Shown here: piece by piece, positions 1 to 9,997 of the stretch
How the letters are laid out: every line of letters begins with the position of its first letter
How positions within the stretch are numbered: the stretch's first letter is position 1
Source: a virus
Lineage: Duplodnaviria > Caudoviricetes
DNA length: 64,000 bases
Direction: 5' to 3' (one strand)
IMG/VR virus record: IMGVR_UViG_3300037780_000034
Span: 96,001 to 160,000 of that record
Notes under the pieces: generated by a model
What the model was told of the DNA's origin: nothing
The model's input: the letters and a program-made list of their open reading frames with translations, nothing else
Databases searched by the model: none
Translations under genes and position numbers: made by a program

Positions 1-224
1 CAGATGCGTGGACTACTTGGTTAAGTGTATTTGCACAAATTCTAATGATCCGCAAATACTGGGAATCGTGGTCATTATGGATAATTATGGATGTCGCTGC
101 GATTGGTATCTATTTTGCCAAAGGATTGTATGTAGTTTCAGGACTATATTTTATATTTCTTATCATTGCTACCATCGGACTATTTAAATGGTATCGTGAT
201 TGGAAATCCCAACAAATTAATTAA
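1..224 (+). CDS. pnuC: PnuC nicotinamide riboside transporter, C-terminal part (5' truncated by window)
   Basis: Frame from nt 3 reads DAWTTWLSVFAQILMIRKYWESWSLWIIMDVAAIGIYFAKGLY..., the PnuC C-terminal signature; upstream of nadR. Confidence 0.85.
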   Translation, partial: DAWTTWLSVFAQILMIRKYWESWSLWIIMDVAAIGIYFAKGLYVVSGLYFIFLIIATIGLFKWYRDWKSQQIN

Positions 225-229
225 AACCT

Positions 230-253
230 AAGAGAGGGGTATACCCCTCTCTT
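230..253. terminator. Perfect 24-bp palindrome, likely terminator hairpin
   Basis: AAGAGAGGGGTA/TACCCCTCTCTT directly after the pnuC stop. Confidence 0.6.
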
Positions 254-276
254 TGATATATAAAGAGAAAGTTGAA

Positions 277-879
277 ATGTCTAAAAAAAGAAATAACTTG
301 ACTAAAGAAGAATGTCAAGAAAAGGCACTGCTTTGCAAAACCAGAAGTGAATTTGAAAAAACATATAATTCACATTATAAAAAAGCAAAACGGGAAAATT
401 GGTTAGATGACATATGTCCACATATGGAAATTTTATTAAATAACTGGACCAAAGAAGAATGTCAAGAGAAGGCACTTCTCTGCGAAAGCAGAAGTGAATT
501 TAAAAAAACATATAATTCACATTATAACAAAGCATTACGAGAAAATTGGTTAGATGACATATGTCCACATATGACTACAATCGTATTAGTAGACACTGTA
601 TATATTTGGAATACGCTTGAAAATCCACAATTGTGGAAAATTGGAATAAGTAATCACTATACTGTAGAAAACCGAATTAATAAAGTTGGTAAAGAAGGTA
701 ACATAACTCCACATTCCAAATATTGGAAAGTATTTGAAGATGACAATGTTTATAGTATTGAAAAAGAATTGTTAAAATTAGGAGAACCATATCAATTTAC
801 TACTCCGTTTGATGGACATACTGAATTTCGTCTATTGACTGCCGAAGAAGAACAGTATATGAAGTCACTGATTGCATAA
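277..879 (+). CDS. Putative GIY-YIG/T5orf172-type homing endonuclease with two N-terminal repeats
   Basis: Two ~42-aa repeats (TKEECQEKALLC...WLDDICPHM; nt ~301-426 and ~448-573), then VYIW...WKIGISN; lies between pnuC and nadR. Confidence 0.6.
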   Translation: MSKKRNNLTKEECQEKALLCKTRSEFEKTYNSHYKKAKRENWLDDICPHMEILLNNWTKEECQEKALLCESRSEFKKTYNSHYNKALRENWLDDICPHMTTIVLVDTVYIWNTLENPQLWKIGISNHYTVENRINKVGKEGNITPHSKYWKVFEDDNVYSIEKELLKLGEPYQFTTPFDGHTEFRLLTAEEEQYMKSLIA

Positions 880-893
880 GGGGATGCTTAACA

Positions 894-1928
894 ATGGTTA
901 AAATTGGAATCACTATCGGAAAATTCATGCCGCTTCATCGTGGGCATGAACTATTGATTGATTTTGGGTCTTCAATGGTAGACCTTCTTTATGTTCTTGT
1001 ATCAGGTAAAGAAACTGATACTATTCCCCTAACTACACGGTATAACTGGGTATGGGATTATGTCAATAAAAATAATCTACAAAATGTAGAAGTAATTTAT
1101 CACGTTGATAATTCACCTACACCAATTAATGTAGATGAACACGGAACTGTTCTTGATCCAGAATTCCAAGAATATTGGAAAACAGAATTCAATCGCGTCA
1201 CCAACGCAACGCATTTTATTTCTAGTGATATGTATGGAAAAACTATGGCAGACCTTCTTGGTATCAAGTGGTTGCCAGTTGATCCAACACGTGAAATGAT
1301 CAATATCAGTGCAACACTCATTCGTAATGATCCTGTGACACATTTTGAAATGATTTCTGATGTTGCAAAACCGCATTATGTTAAAAAAATTGCTATAGTT
1401 GGTCCTGAAAGCAGTGGTAAATCCACTATGGTTAGTGATCTTGCTGATTTCTTTGGAAGTGAAATTGTCAATGAATATGGTCGCACATTGTGTGAAGTAA
1501 AAAACAATAATCTTACAAAAGAAGATTTTTTAGATATTATGCGGGGCCAACAGGCACTTATTGATAGTGTTACAAAAAAAGCAACCTCACCTTTTGTATT
1601 CATTGATACAGAAGCATATACCACTTATCTGTTTTCCAAAATTTATCTTGGAGAATATGTAGAAGAAATTCTTGATTTTGCACACAAACAAGAAATTGAT
1701 CATTATATTGTTTTATCTCCTGACATAGATTGGGTAGATGATGGAACACGTATTATGTCAAGATACAAGGATAGAGAAACATTTTATAAAGAAACAATAA
1801 AACTACTTGATTCGCAAAATAAATCTTTTGATGTAGTAAATGACGAAGATTATCGTAAGCGGTTTTGGAATGGGGTTGATGCAGTTCGTTATGTTAAATC
1901 GTTTTTGACTCATCCATTGACAACCTAA
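894..1928 (+). CDS. nadR: NadR-like NMN adenylyltransferase / ribosylnicotinamide kinase
   Basis: GKFMPLHRGH (HxGH) plus P-loop GPESSGKST, EYGR and DTEA. Confidence 0.9.
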   Translation: MVKIGITIGKFMPLHRGHELLIDFGSSMVDLLYVLVSGKETDTIPLTTRYNWVWDYVNKNNLQNVEVIYHVDNSPTPINVDEHGTVLDPEFQEYWKTEFNRVTNATHFISSDMYGKTMADLLGIKWLPVDPTREMINISATLIRNDPVTHFEMISDVAKPHYVKKIAIVGPESSGKSTMVSDLADFFGSEIVNEYGRTLCEVKNNNLTKEDFLDIMRGQQALIDSVTKKATSPFVFIDTEAYTTYLFSKIYLGEYVEEILDFAHKQEIDHYIVLSPDIDWVDDGTRIMSRYKDRETFYKETIKLLDSQNKSFDVVNDEDYRKRFWNGVDAVRYVKSFLTHPLTT

Positions 1929-1978
1929 AACGAATCGTATACGCTAAATTAGACAACATATGTAGAAGGAAGTATAGA

Positions 1979-2971
1979 ATGGGTTGTTGGAACGGAACTT
2001 GCGGGCTTAGTGGTCTGCCAATTATTCACGGTGAAGAAATGTATGTTTTTCCGATTTTGGAATCATATCGGGATAGCTTCTGTTACGCTACTGCACTGTA
2101 TCGCCCTAGCGTAGTGCCATTTCGCGCAGAATACAATGACTATGGTGCTGGTGAAAACTGCAGTGGTCCTGCACTAGAATTTCTTATTGCAGGAATTCGT
2201 GAAAATTTAATAGAAATGGAAGTTGGCGAAAATAAATATCACGACATTGCGGTAAAACGTGAAGGTTTTGATGTTGATATGTTTTTTGAAACATGCCACG
2301 AAAAGCGGCTTCGTATGAACAATCCTTTAAAATCATATCCTGGTCAGAAAGAATATCGTGAAATGTTCTTCACGATGATTCGTAAAGATGTTGTTGATCG
2401 TCTGTGGAATGAGTGGTCATTTGATATGTGGAAGGGTTCGGATGGTGATGTTCCAGAAGGATTTGAAGGCGACAAATACTATATTAAAAACGTCACTTAT
2501 GCGAAACTTGCTGAATTGATTCCACACTACATGGAACAAATGGCTGGAAAAGATAGCCCATATAAAAAAGCATTGGAAGGCATTGATGATGAATCAAAAT
2601 TACTAATGAAAGAATATTTCGGACGATATGCTTTCTTTGAAGGTTATCGTGAACACATTCTTTCTGGTTACTTTGGTCATGCATTTGGTAGTAGTTATGC
2701 TAGTGGTGGCTTCACTTCTATTGGAAATATTAAAGATAAAATTCTCGATGAATACTTTGACGGTGACAAAGAAGTAGCATATGAACTAATGCGTGAAGCA
2801 CTAGTTGGTATCATGATTAACAGTTTTATGGAATCAACCCGTAAAATCTGGTTGCCTTCTATGCATCAAGGTTCTCAAAGCGAATGCTATGATGAATATC
2901 GTTTGATGAATAAAATCACTACTGATATTATGAATGCACGCGAAAAACAATACGATTGTGATGAAGAGTAA
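1979..2971 (+). CDS. Hypothetical phage protein
   Basis: 330-aa ORF with RBS; no motif recognised. Confidence 0.7.
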   Translation: MGCWNGTCGLSGLPIIHGEEMYVFPILESYRDSFCYATALYRPSVVPFRAEYNDYGAGENCSGPALEFLIAGIRENLIEMEVGENKYHDIAVKREGFDVDMFFETCHEKRLRMNNPLKSYPGQKEYREMFFTMIRKDVVDRLWNEWSFDMWKGSDGDVPEGFEGDKYYIKNVTYAKLAELIPHYMEQMAGKDSPYKKALEGIDDESKLLMKEYFGRYAFFEGYREHILSGYFGHAFGSSYASGGFTSIGNIKDKILDEYFDGDKEVAYELMREALVGIMINSFMESTRKIWLPSMHQGSQSECYDEYRLMNKITTDIMNAREKQYDCDEE

Positions 2972-2988
2972 AAAAGGAAATTCATATT

Positions 2989-3474
2989 ATGAAACTTTAT
3001 ATTCCTGAAATTGGAGATCAATTTAAGTTAATAAATGATTGGACATTTGATCTATATAACGAGCAAAGAAATAAAAGTTTGTGGGATTTATATGAATGCG
3101 AAAATTCTCATAGCGTTTCGCTTCAACGTGTGGAAGAAAAAAATGCTAATGAAGAAATTAATAAAATTGCAAACAAGTATTATATATCAAATGGTTATAG
3201 GTATACCAGATATACTGAATGGGATCAGAATGATATAGATAGATATAATGAGCTTGATGACATTCGTAGAAAATTTACTTCATGTTTAGTTAAAATTCCA
3301 AAAGATTCCATTTTAAAGTTGGATCGTATTTTTATCCGAAAAGGAATGGATGATTGGAGTTCATTGACATTTTATCTAACTCATCATCCGGATATTTCTT
3401 TTAAAAAGAAGCCTAGATTTTGGGCAAAACTGCATGATTGTAACAATATAGAATTTGACCAAGTTTCTACTTGA
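2989..3474 (+). CDS. Hypothetical phage protein
   Basis: ORF with RBS; MKLYIPEIGD start and KKPRFWAKL C-terminus. Confidence 0.65.
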   Translation: MKLYIPEIGDQFKLINDWTFDLYNEQRNKSLWDLYECENSHSVSLQRVEEKNANEEINKIANKYYISNGYRYTRYTEWDQNDIDRYNELDDIRRKFTSCLVKIPKDSILKLDRIFIRKGMDDWSSLTFYLTHHPDISFKKKPRFWAKLHDCNNIEFDQVST

Positions 3475-3501
3475 CATTGTTATATGAATCCTGTATAAAT
3501 A
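3471..3501 (+). promoter_or_regulatory. sigma70-type promoter with GAATC in the spacer, overlapping a TATAAATA late-promoter motif
   Basis: TTGACA(3471)-17 nt-TATAAA(3494); GAATC at 3486. Confidence 0.7.
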
Positions 3502-3548
3502 TAAACACAGAACAAGAGTTCTTGTAATAGCAAAAGGAGTTTTTGCAA

Positions 3549-4580
3549 ATGAATAAAAAATTTAATACATTGGTATTTTGTGGTAGATTTTCTCCATTTC
3601 ATCTTGGACATAAGGCTGTAGTTGATCGTGCACTAGAATTGGCAGATGAAGTCGTCATCGTAGTGGGGTCCAGCTTTCAAGCACGAAGCACAAAAAATCC
3701 CTTCACATTTGAAGAACGTAAAGATATGATCAAAGCATTGTATCCAAACGATAATGTTAAAATTGTAGGGGTGCAAGATTATCCATACGACGACAATGCT
3801 TGGGTCAGTGCAGTTCAACGAGCAGTTAACAGCGTAAAAACTGGAACAAATACTGGTCTTATTGGTCATTCTAAAGATCACAGTTCATATTATCTTAAAA
3901 TTTTTCCAGATTGGAGAAATCACGTTGAAGTTGGCAATGTGGATGGAATAAATGCAACAGATATCAGAGCAATGATTTTTGGCAAAAATGTTAATCCAAA
4001 AAATATTTCTAAAATGATGCCAGACAAATCATATGATGTTATGTCATTGAATCTTATCAAAAATGGAAAAATTGGAGGATGGTATGACCATATTTGTCAA
4101 GAATATTCAGAAATAATTAAATATCACGAGGATTGGGAAAATGCTCCATATCCGCCAACATTTGTTACAACTGATGCGGTTCTTACACAAAGTGGTTACA
4201 TTCTGCTTATCAAGCGTGGGAAATTTCCATTTAAAGGGTGTTGGGCACTTCCAGGCGGATACCTTGCAAAAGGACAATTCATTGTTGATAATATGATCAA
4301 GGAACTTCGTGAAGAAACTTGTGTAAAAGTTCCTTCAAAAGTGTTGAAAGGGTCTGTTAAAGATGTTCAAATTTTTGATCATCCTGACCGTGATCCACGT
4401 GGACGAACTATTACTCACGGATTTTTCATTGATCTTGGATACCCAGATGAAAAACTGCCAAAGGTAAAAAACGGGGATGATGCCGCACATGCAGAATGGG
4501 TTCATCTAAGTGAACTAAAAAGTGATATGTTTGCATTTGATCATTTTCATATAATAAATCGCTTTATTCCAGTATATTAA
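3549..4580 (+). CDS. nadM: Bifunctional NMN adenylyltransferase / Nudix ADP-ribose pyrophosphatase (NadM-Nudix, NatV-like)
   Basis: GRFSPFHLGH; C-terminal Nudix box WALPGG...MIKELREET; HPDRDPRGRTIT. Confidence 0.9.
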   Translation: MNKKFNTLVFCGRFSPFHLGHKAVVDRALELADEVVIVVGSSFQARSTKNPFTFEERKDMIKALYPNDNVKIVGVQDYPYDDNAWVSAVQRAVNSVKTGTNTGLIGHSKDHSSYYLKIFPDWRNHVEVGNVDGINATDIRAMIFGKNVNPKNISKMMPDKSYDVMSLNLIKNGKIGGWYDHICQEYSEIIKYHEDWENAPYPPTFVTTDAVLTQSGYILLIKRGKFPFKGCWALPGGYLAKGQFIVDNMIKELREETCVKVPSKVLKGSVKDVQIFDHPDRDPRGRTITHGFFIDLGYPDEKLPKVKNGDDAAHAEWVHLSELKSDMFAFDHFHIINRFIPVY

Positions 4581-4590
4581 GGAAAGTCAG

Positions 4591-4734
4591 ATGAATTATA
4601 AGCTATGTCATATAGAACAACGCGCTGATGGTCTATGGTATATTGTGAATCCAGATTGCAATAAATCGTGGAGACAAGGATACAAAACAAAAGGATGGGC
4701 TACCAGAACATTAAACTGGTTGGTAAAAAAATGA
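4591..4734 (+). CDS. Small hypothetical protein (not in ORF track)
   Basis: MNYKLCHIEQRADGLW...; RBS upstream; ATGA overlap with next gene. Confidence 0.5.
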   Translation: MNYKLCHIEQRADGLWYIVNPDCNKSWRQGYKTKGWATRTLNWLVKK

Positions 4735-4913
4735 CAATCACTATAATACAAATAGGCGAAAAAGAAATCAAGTGTGGCAAATGTTTGTCACACTTGAAAT
4801 ACAATCAGTTGGATGTCAAAGAATATGAAATAAACCACGATTATCTTGGAGACTTTGATACGATATATGGTATCAAGTGTCCTGTTTGCAGTAATATCGT
4901 AAAGGATAAATAA
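4731..4913 (+). CDS. Small Zn-ribbon protein
   Basis: CGKC...CPVC; likely ATG at 4731. Confidence 0.55.
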   Translation: MTITIIQIGEKEIKCGKCLSHLKYNQLDVKEYEINHDYLGDFDTIYGIKCPVCSNIVKDK

Positions 4914-4914
4914 G

Positions 4915-5124
4915 ATGGAACTACAGCGTATCTATTTTAAAGCAGAAAGCATTGTTGAAAGCGATATGTCTTGGGAAGAAAAATATGATCTGATTTTCAG
5001 TTCAGAGATTTCTCAAAAGGTGTGCAAACTTGCCCGTGGGTTTGATTACTATGATCCTGATACCACATACGAGGAAGATGTGATGGCATTCTTCAACAGT
5101 TTCAAAGAATATTTGTGGGGCTGA
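4915..5124 (+). CDS. Hypothetical protein
   Basis: ORF in operon packing. Confidence 0.6.
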   Translation: MELQRIYFKAESIVESDMSWEEKYDLIFSSEISQKVCKLARGFDYYDPDTTYEEDVMAFFNSFKEYLWG

Positions 5125-5125
5125 T

Positions 5126-5293
5126 ATGACTGTTAACGAATTAATTAAACAACTGAGTGATCACGATCCAAACATGGAAGTCTATGTGACCACGAAAAAA
5201 GAAAACTGCAATGATATTGTCAATGTAGATTATGAATTGTTTTCATGTCATGGTCGGTATCGTGGTGTTTATATTGAAATTAGGGAAGAATAA
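5126..5293 (+). CDS. Small hypothetical protein (MTVNELIKQL family)
   Basis: N-terminus resembles ORFs at 19267 and ~37725. Confidence 0.5.
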   Translation: MTVNELIKQLSDHDPNMEVYVTTKKENCNDIVNVDYELFSCHGRYRGVYIEIREE

Positions 5294-5646
5294 TGAAAAT
5301 TCTATTATTTGCAGCAATAATCCTAGCCATTCCTAGTGTAGCACAAGCTGAATATAAATGTATGATTGAATCATCACATGGTCGTTCTCAGGTGCGGACT
5401 ATGGAATCGTTTGTTACATTAAAACAAGCAGAAAACACTGTAAAAAATTACGTGATTGAAAACCCACAACTTATAAATCGGAATAGTAATAGACGAACTG
5501 ATACTGCAAGCAGCCAGGAAGCATATTTGATATGCTTTGATGATGCAGGTGAAACAGTGTTATCAAAGTATTACAGGTCTGTTCCGAATTGCGAAGTGAG
5601 CAAATGGGATGGTAGTTTTGAATGTGAAGATTTTGTGATTGAATAA
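5293..5646 (+). CDS. Hypothetical exported protein
   Basis: Signal-peptide-like MKILLFAAIILAIPSVAQA. Confidence 0.6.
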   Translation: MKILLFAAIILAIPSVAQAEYKCMIESSHGRSQVRTMESFVTLKQAENTVKNYVIENPQLINRNSNRRTDTASSQEAYLICFDDAGETVLSKYYRSVPNCEVSKWDGSFECEDFVIE

Positions 5647-5750
5647 AAAATGATAAATTTATATCAAACTTGGAAAGATGATAAAGAAACCGAACCCAAG
5701 AAAAACAAAAATCATACAGAGCATAAGTGTATTTTTTTAGGTAATAACTA

Positions 5751-6014
5751 ATGCCAACAATGATTGATAAAAAATGTAAACACTGTAGCAGTAATATCAC
5801 TGTTCGTCTTGCTGATCACAATCGTGGTTGGGGAAACTTTTGTAACAAAAGTTGTAAAGCAAAATATCAAGAAAAACGCAATGGACAACATGCTGCATAT
5901 CGGAATGGTCGTGGGGTTAGCAACTTGCATCCTGAGCGTTTGAAAGATTACACAGATAATTACGATGATAGTCATCCATTTTCTCCAGATGGATTAGGAC
6001 AATGGTTAGATTGA
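5751..6014 (+). CDS. Cys-rich hypothetical protein
   Basis: CKHC...FCNKSC. Confidence 0.55.
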   Translation: MPTMIDKKCKHCSSNITVRLADHNRGWGNFCNKSCKAKYQEKRNGQHAAYRNGRGVSNLHPERLKDYTDNYDDSHPFSPDGLGQWLD

Positions 6015-6044
6015 CATAATATCAATTTATTATAAGGATAAAAA

Positions 6045-6596
6045 ATGATTGAAAATGAAGTAAAATATGTATTATCATTAAATTCTTTTGATCATACCAG
6101 TATTATTAATAATTCTAAAATATTAGAAATAAAACAAGGTTATGATAAAAATGGTGCACGGTTCAGAAAACAAAACAACGAATACTTTTTTAATTATAAA
6201 ACTATTACAAAAGCAGGGGTTGACGAGTTTGAACTAAAAATTTCAAAAGAAGAGTTTGATCGTTGTTATGATACGTGTATAGAAAAGTTACACAAGAAAA
6301 GATACACACTAAAAGATCATTTTGGAAATACTTGGGATATAGATTTTTTTCTAAATGACGACAAATTATATTTTGCAATGGCAGAATGTGAAATGTTAAA
6401 TGAAAATCAAGAATTTCCAGAAAAAATAATAGATTTTGTTGATAAATTTTGTGTGTATGTTGTTCCAAGAAAACATACAAAAAAATATTCAAGCAGAAAA
6501 CTTTCAAATGTGGAATATGCAAAAACTGTGTTTGAAAAAATAGATGGATTAAATAAGGTTTTGGAAAACTCTTACAAATCTGCTAATGCTGCTTGA
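6045..6596 (+). CDS. CYTH (triphosphate tunnel metalloenzyme) domain protein
   Basis: ENEVKY (ExExK), IKQGY, RFRK, KKRY, WDIDFF, AECE. Confidence 0.8.
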   Translation: MIENEVKYVLSLNSFDHTSIINNSKILEIKQGYDKNGARFRKQNNEYFFNYKTITKAGVDEFELKISKEEFDRCYDTCIEKLHKKRYTLKDHFGNTWDIDFFLNDDKLYFAMAECEMLNENQEFPEKIIDFVDKFCVYVVPRKHTKKYSSRKLSNVEYAKTVFEKIDGLNKVLENSYKSANAA

Positions 6597-6654
6597 CAAT
6601 CACTATGAAGTAACGTATAGTGACGTATAAGAACCACAAAGCAAGGACAACACA

Positions 6655-6957
6655 ATGACTACTACAATTGTAAAAGAAGTATTTTCAGTATCTGAACAAG
6701 TAGAAAATGCTCGTTCTTTACAAGATGTTTTAACTCATTTAGTTACAGAAGTCGGTGAACTTGCACTTGAAATACAAATTTCAGAAGGAAAATCATATAA
6801 AAATAGTGGTTCAGATGGAATAGTAGGGGAAGCAATTGATGTAATCGTTTGTGCATTAGACATAATTAAATTACATAATCCAAAAATAAAAGAAGATTAT
6901 GATTTATATCCTACTGTGTTAAGAAAACTAAATAAATGGAAAGAAACGTGCAAATGA
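6655..6957 (+). CDS. MazG-like nucleotide pyrophosphohydrolase
   Basis: LVTEVGELA...GEAIDVIVCALD. Confidence 0.75.
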   Translation: MTTTIVKEVFSVSEQVENARSLQDVLTHLVTEVGELALEIQISEGKSYKNSGSDGIVGEAIDVIVCALDIIKLHNPKIKEDYDLYPTVLRKLNKWKETCK

Positions 6958-7096
6958 CCCACATTTATAAAGTTTTATGTTTTTTTGGATATCACAAAAT
7001 GTTATTTGGGTATGTTCATCCAACTTATCCAAATGGATGGTATGACAAATGTAAACATTGTGGATATAAAAGTGAACCATATGAGATAGAAGACCA

Positions 7097-7396
7097 ATGT
7101 TGACAACAGCCCAACTATATGATATGATGTCAAGAGAAATCACAAAACAAAGGATGAATAACATGTTCCCTGAATACGTAAATTATAAAACAGAAAATTC
7201 TGATAACAAACAAAATAAAAAATTCTGGATGATTACTGGCGATAGAAATTCACCAAAAGTTCGTCATTATAACTATGAAGATGCTCTTAGAGAAGCAAAT
7301 CGTCTTTCAAGAAATAATCCAGGAACTGAATATTTTATTTTGGAAGCTGTTGAAAAAATTACACTTCCTACTGGTGTAATTCGTGAAAAATTATAG
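7097..7396 (+). CDS. Hypothetical phage protein
   Basis: ORF; RHYNYEDALREANRL motif. Confidence 0.6.
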   Translation: MLTTAQLYDMMSREITKQRMNNMFPEYVNYKTENSDNKQNKKFWMITGDRNSPKVRHYNYEDALREANRLSRNNPGTEYFILEAVEKITLPTGVIREKL

Positions 7397-7404
7397 GAAA
7401 TAAA

Positions 7405-7653
7405 ATGAGTTATCGTAAAATTACAGTAGACGGAAAAGAATACGAATACAGTATTGGTCGCACACACGTAAAAATAAAAGGTGTTGGAGTTTGGCTAAAA
7501 GAAGAAGTAGGTGAAAACTTTGCTAAAATATGCGGTTGTGGTTGTGGTGAACCAGTAGATACAATTTATTCACAAGAAAAACTTACAGAACATGATTATA
7601 CAATACGTGTACATCCTAAACATATTGCAGAAAAAATTAGGAAAGAAGTATAA
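7405..7653 (+). CDS. Hypothetical protein
   Basis: ORF with RBS. Confidence 0.6.
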   Translation: MSYRKITVDGKEYEYSIGRTHVKIKGVGVWLKEEVGENFAKICGCGCGEPVDTIYSQEKLTEHDYTIRVHPKHIAEKIRKEV

Positions 7654-7874
7654 TGGAAGCCGATGCAGACAATGAAGAATATAGTGAAGGTTCAGAAGCA
7701 CTTGAATTGCTAAAAGAACTATCACCAAATTATAAAGTCAAAGAAGTAACCCCAGATGAACTAAATAAAGAAGTAGCTGATGCTATCAAGCTACTTGGAG
7801 ATAATGAAATACTATGGGTAGAGCCTAACGGAAGTATTAATATCGAAAGCATAGATAAAAAACTACCCAACTAA
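7653..7874 (+). CDS. Hypothetical protein
   Basis: ORF with TAATG coupling. Confidence 0.55.
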   Translation: MEADADNEEYSEGSEALELLKELSPNYKVKEVTPDELNKEVADAIKLLGDNEILWVEPNGSINIESIDKKLPN

Positions 7875-7903
7875 AACAAATCATCAATTATAGGAGTTAT
7901 AAG

Positions 7904-9349
7904 ATGAAAAATATACTACAACTACTAACGGCAATTACCCGCACCGACAGCTACAAGATGTCTCAGTGGGTCCAATATCCAAAAGATACTACTCATATCA
8001 GTTCATACATTGAAGCACGTGGTGGAGAACCAGAAAGTGTCTTTTTTGGTCTACAGGCTTTCATCAAAGAATATATGATGAATCCTATCACTATGGCAGA
8101 TATTGATTTTGCAGAACGTGTGATTACTGCTCACGGAGAACCTTTCAACCGCAAAGGTTGGGAAATCATTGTGAAAGAATACGGCGGAATGCTTCCAGTT
8201 GAAATTGAAGCAGTGCCAGAAGGCACCATTATGCCTACCAGCAACGTTCAAGTCCAACTTGTTAATACCGATCCACGACTATACTGGTTAACTTCCTACT
8301 TGGAAACCGCTATATTACGTGGTGTGTGGTATCCTTCAACGGTTGCAACAATGTCACGCAAGATGAAGAAAGTAATTGCAGAAGCACTTTATAAAACGAG
8401 TGATATTCCTGTAATGGATCAACTTTTTTTCAAACTACATGACTTTGGTGCACGTGGTGCAAGTTCTACTGAGACCGCAGTTCTTGGCGGTATGAGCCAC
8501 CTTGTAAACTTCATGGGAACGGATACCTTTGAAGGAATTATGGGAGCAATGACTTATTACAACAGTGATGTTTGTGGTTTTTCTATTCCAGCAAGTGAAC
8601 ATTCAACTATTACTAGTTGGGGCAGTGAAGGTGAAATTGAAGCGTTCAAGAACATGATTGAACAATTTGCTGGTGAAGGTAAAATCTTTGCGTGTGTAAG
8701 TGACAGTTATGACATTTATGCAGCAGCAGGGGAAAAATGGCCATCACTAAAAGAAGAACTTGTTGCAAAAGGTGGAACTCTTGTAGTTCGTCCTGACAGC
8801 GGTGATCCTTTGACTATGCCTATTGAAATCGTTAAGATTTTAATGGATAAGTTTGGTTACACTATTAACAGTAAGGGATACAAAGTTCTTCCGCCTTACA
8901 TTCGTGTTATCCAAGGTGACGGCATTGATCACACCAGTCTTCCTGTCATTGTTGAAAATATGATTGCAGAAGGTCTAAGCCTTGATAACCTTGCATTCGG
9001 TATGGGCGGTGGACTACTCCAAAAAGTTGACCGTGATACACTGAAATATGCTATGAAAGCAAGCGCGCGGCGCGATGCAAATGGTGTATGGCATGATGTA
9101 TTTAAAGACCCTATCACTGACAAAGGCAAAACTTCTAAGAAAGGCCGTTTGGGGTTGATTTACAATTGTGGATTAGGAAATTGTGGGTATCACACTGTTC
9201 CAAAAGAAGTTGCAGATGAAAAAGGAAATGTTCTACGTCCAATTTTCCGTAATGGTGAATTGCTTGTAGAAGATGACTTTGAAACCATTAGACAACGTGC
9301 GCAATTACGTGAGGAAGAATACATTCTTCAAGAAGTTGAACGGTATTAA
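7904..9349 (+). CDS. nadV: Nicotinamide phosphoribosyltransferase (Nampt)
   Basis: TDSYK, LHDFGARG, SIPASEHS, VSDSYD, VVRPDSGDP, IQGDGI, AFGMGGGLLQ. Confidence 0.95.
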   Translation: MKNILQLLTAITRTDSYKMSQWVQYPKDTTHISSYIEARGGEPESVFFGLQAFIKEYMMNPITMADIDFAERVITAHGEPFNRKGWEIIVKEYGGMLPVEIEAVPEGTIMPTSNVQVQLVNTDPRLYWLTSYLETAILRGVWYPSTVATMSRKMKKVIAEALYKTSDIPVMDQLFFKLHDFGARGASSTETAVLGGMSHLVNFMGTDTFEGIMGAMTYYNSDVCGFSIPASEHSTITSWGSEGEIEAFKNMIEQFAGEGKIFACVSDSYDIYAAAGEKWPSLKEELVAKGGTLVVRPDSGDPLTMPIEIVKILMDKFGYTINSKGYKVLPPYIRVIQGDGIDHTSLPVIVENMIAEGLSLDNLAFGMGGGLLQKVDRDTLKYAMKASARRDANGVWHDVFKDPITDKGKTSKKGRLGLIYNCGLGNCGYHTVPKEVADEKGNVLRPIFRNGELLVEDDFETIRQRAQLREEEYILQEVERY

Positions 9350-9359
9350 AATGAAGTAA

Positions 9360-9390
9360 GTGGGGCAGGGAAACTTGCCCCACATTTTAT
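9360..9390 (+). terminator. Intrinsic terminator after nadV
   Basis: GTGGGGCAGG-GAAA-CTTGCCCCAC followed by ATTTTAT. Confidence 0.6.
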
Positions 9391-9422
9391 ACCAAAATAA
9401 CAAAATATTGGATAAAATAATT

Positions 9423-9611
9423 ATGAAAATTGAAACTAAAGATTATTATTGGGAATGTGGTGACGGTTGTTGTAGTGAATACGCAACCATTCTTTTTATT
9501 GATGGAAAAGAAATAGAAGATCGTCGCTTTGGTGATACTCGTGACGCATATCGCTATGTGCTTGAAGAAATGTTAGGACACGAAATAGATTACATTTATG
9601 AGGATGAATAA
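9423..9611 (+). CDS. Hypothetical protein
   Basis: Likely ATG at 9423 (track start lies in the terminator). Confidence 0.55.
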   Translation: MKIETKDYYWECGDGCCSEYATILFIDGKEIEDRRFGDTRDAYRYVLEEMLGHEIDYIYEDE

Positions 9612-9613
9612 TA

Positions 9614-9997
9614 GTGGATTTAGAATTAGATAAAAAATTATGTGAAAAGTATCCAGAAATATTTGCGAATCGTCACAATAAAAATGAACCAATTGTTTGG
9701 GGATTCGAATGTCGTGATGGTTGGTTTATTCTTATAGATCGTTTATGTGGAATTATTCAAAACAGAATAAAATATAATCCAGAAACGCCTCAAGTAGTTG
9801 CTATACAAGTAAAAGAAAAGTTTGGAAGACTTCGTTTTTATTATAGTGGTGGTGATGATTACATAAGGGGAGCAGTAGATTTAGCAGAATATTGCAGTGG
9901 AAACATTTGTGAAAGCTGTGGAACAAAATCTATTGTGAAAGACAGAGAAGGATGGTATACTAGCATATGTGATGAATGCATTAAGGATATAAAATGA
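9614..9997 (+). CDS. Hypothetical phage protein
   Basis: GFECRDGW...QVKEKFGRLRFY motif. Confidence 0.65.
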   Translation: MDLELDKKLCEKYPEIFANRHNKNEPIVWGFECRDGWFILIDRLCGIIQNRIKYNPETPQVVAIQVKEKFGRLRFYYSGGDDYIRGAVDLAEYCSGNICESCGTKSIVKDREGWYTSICDECIKDIK

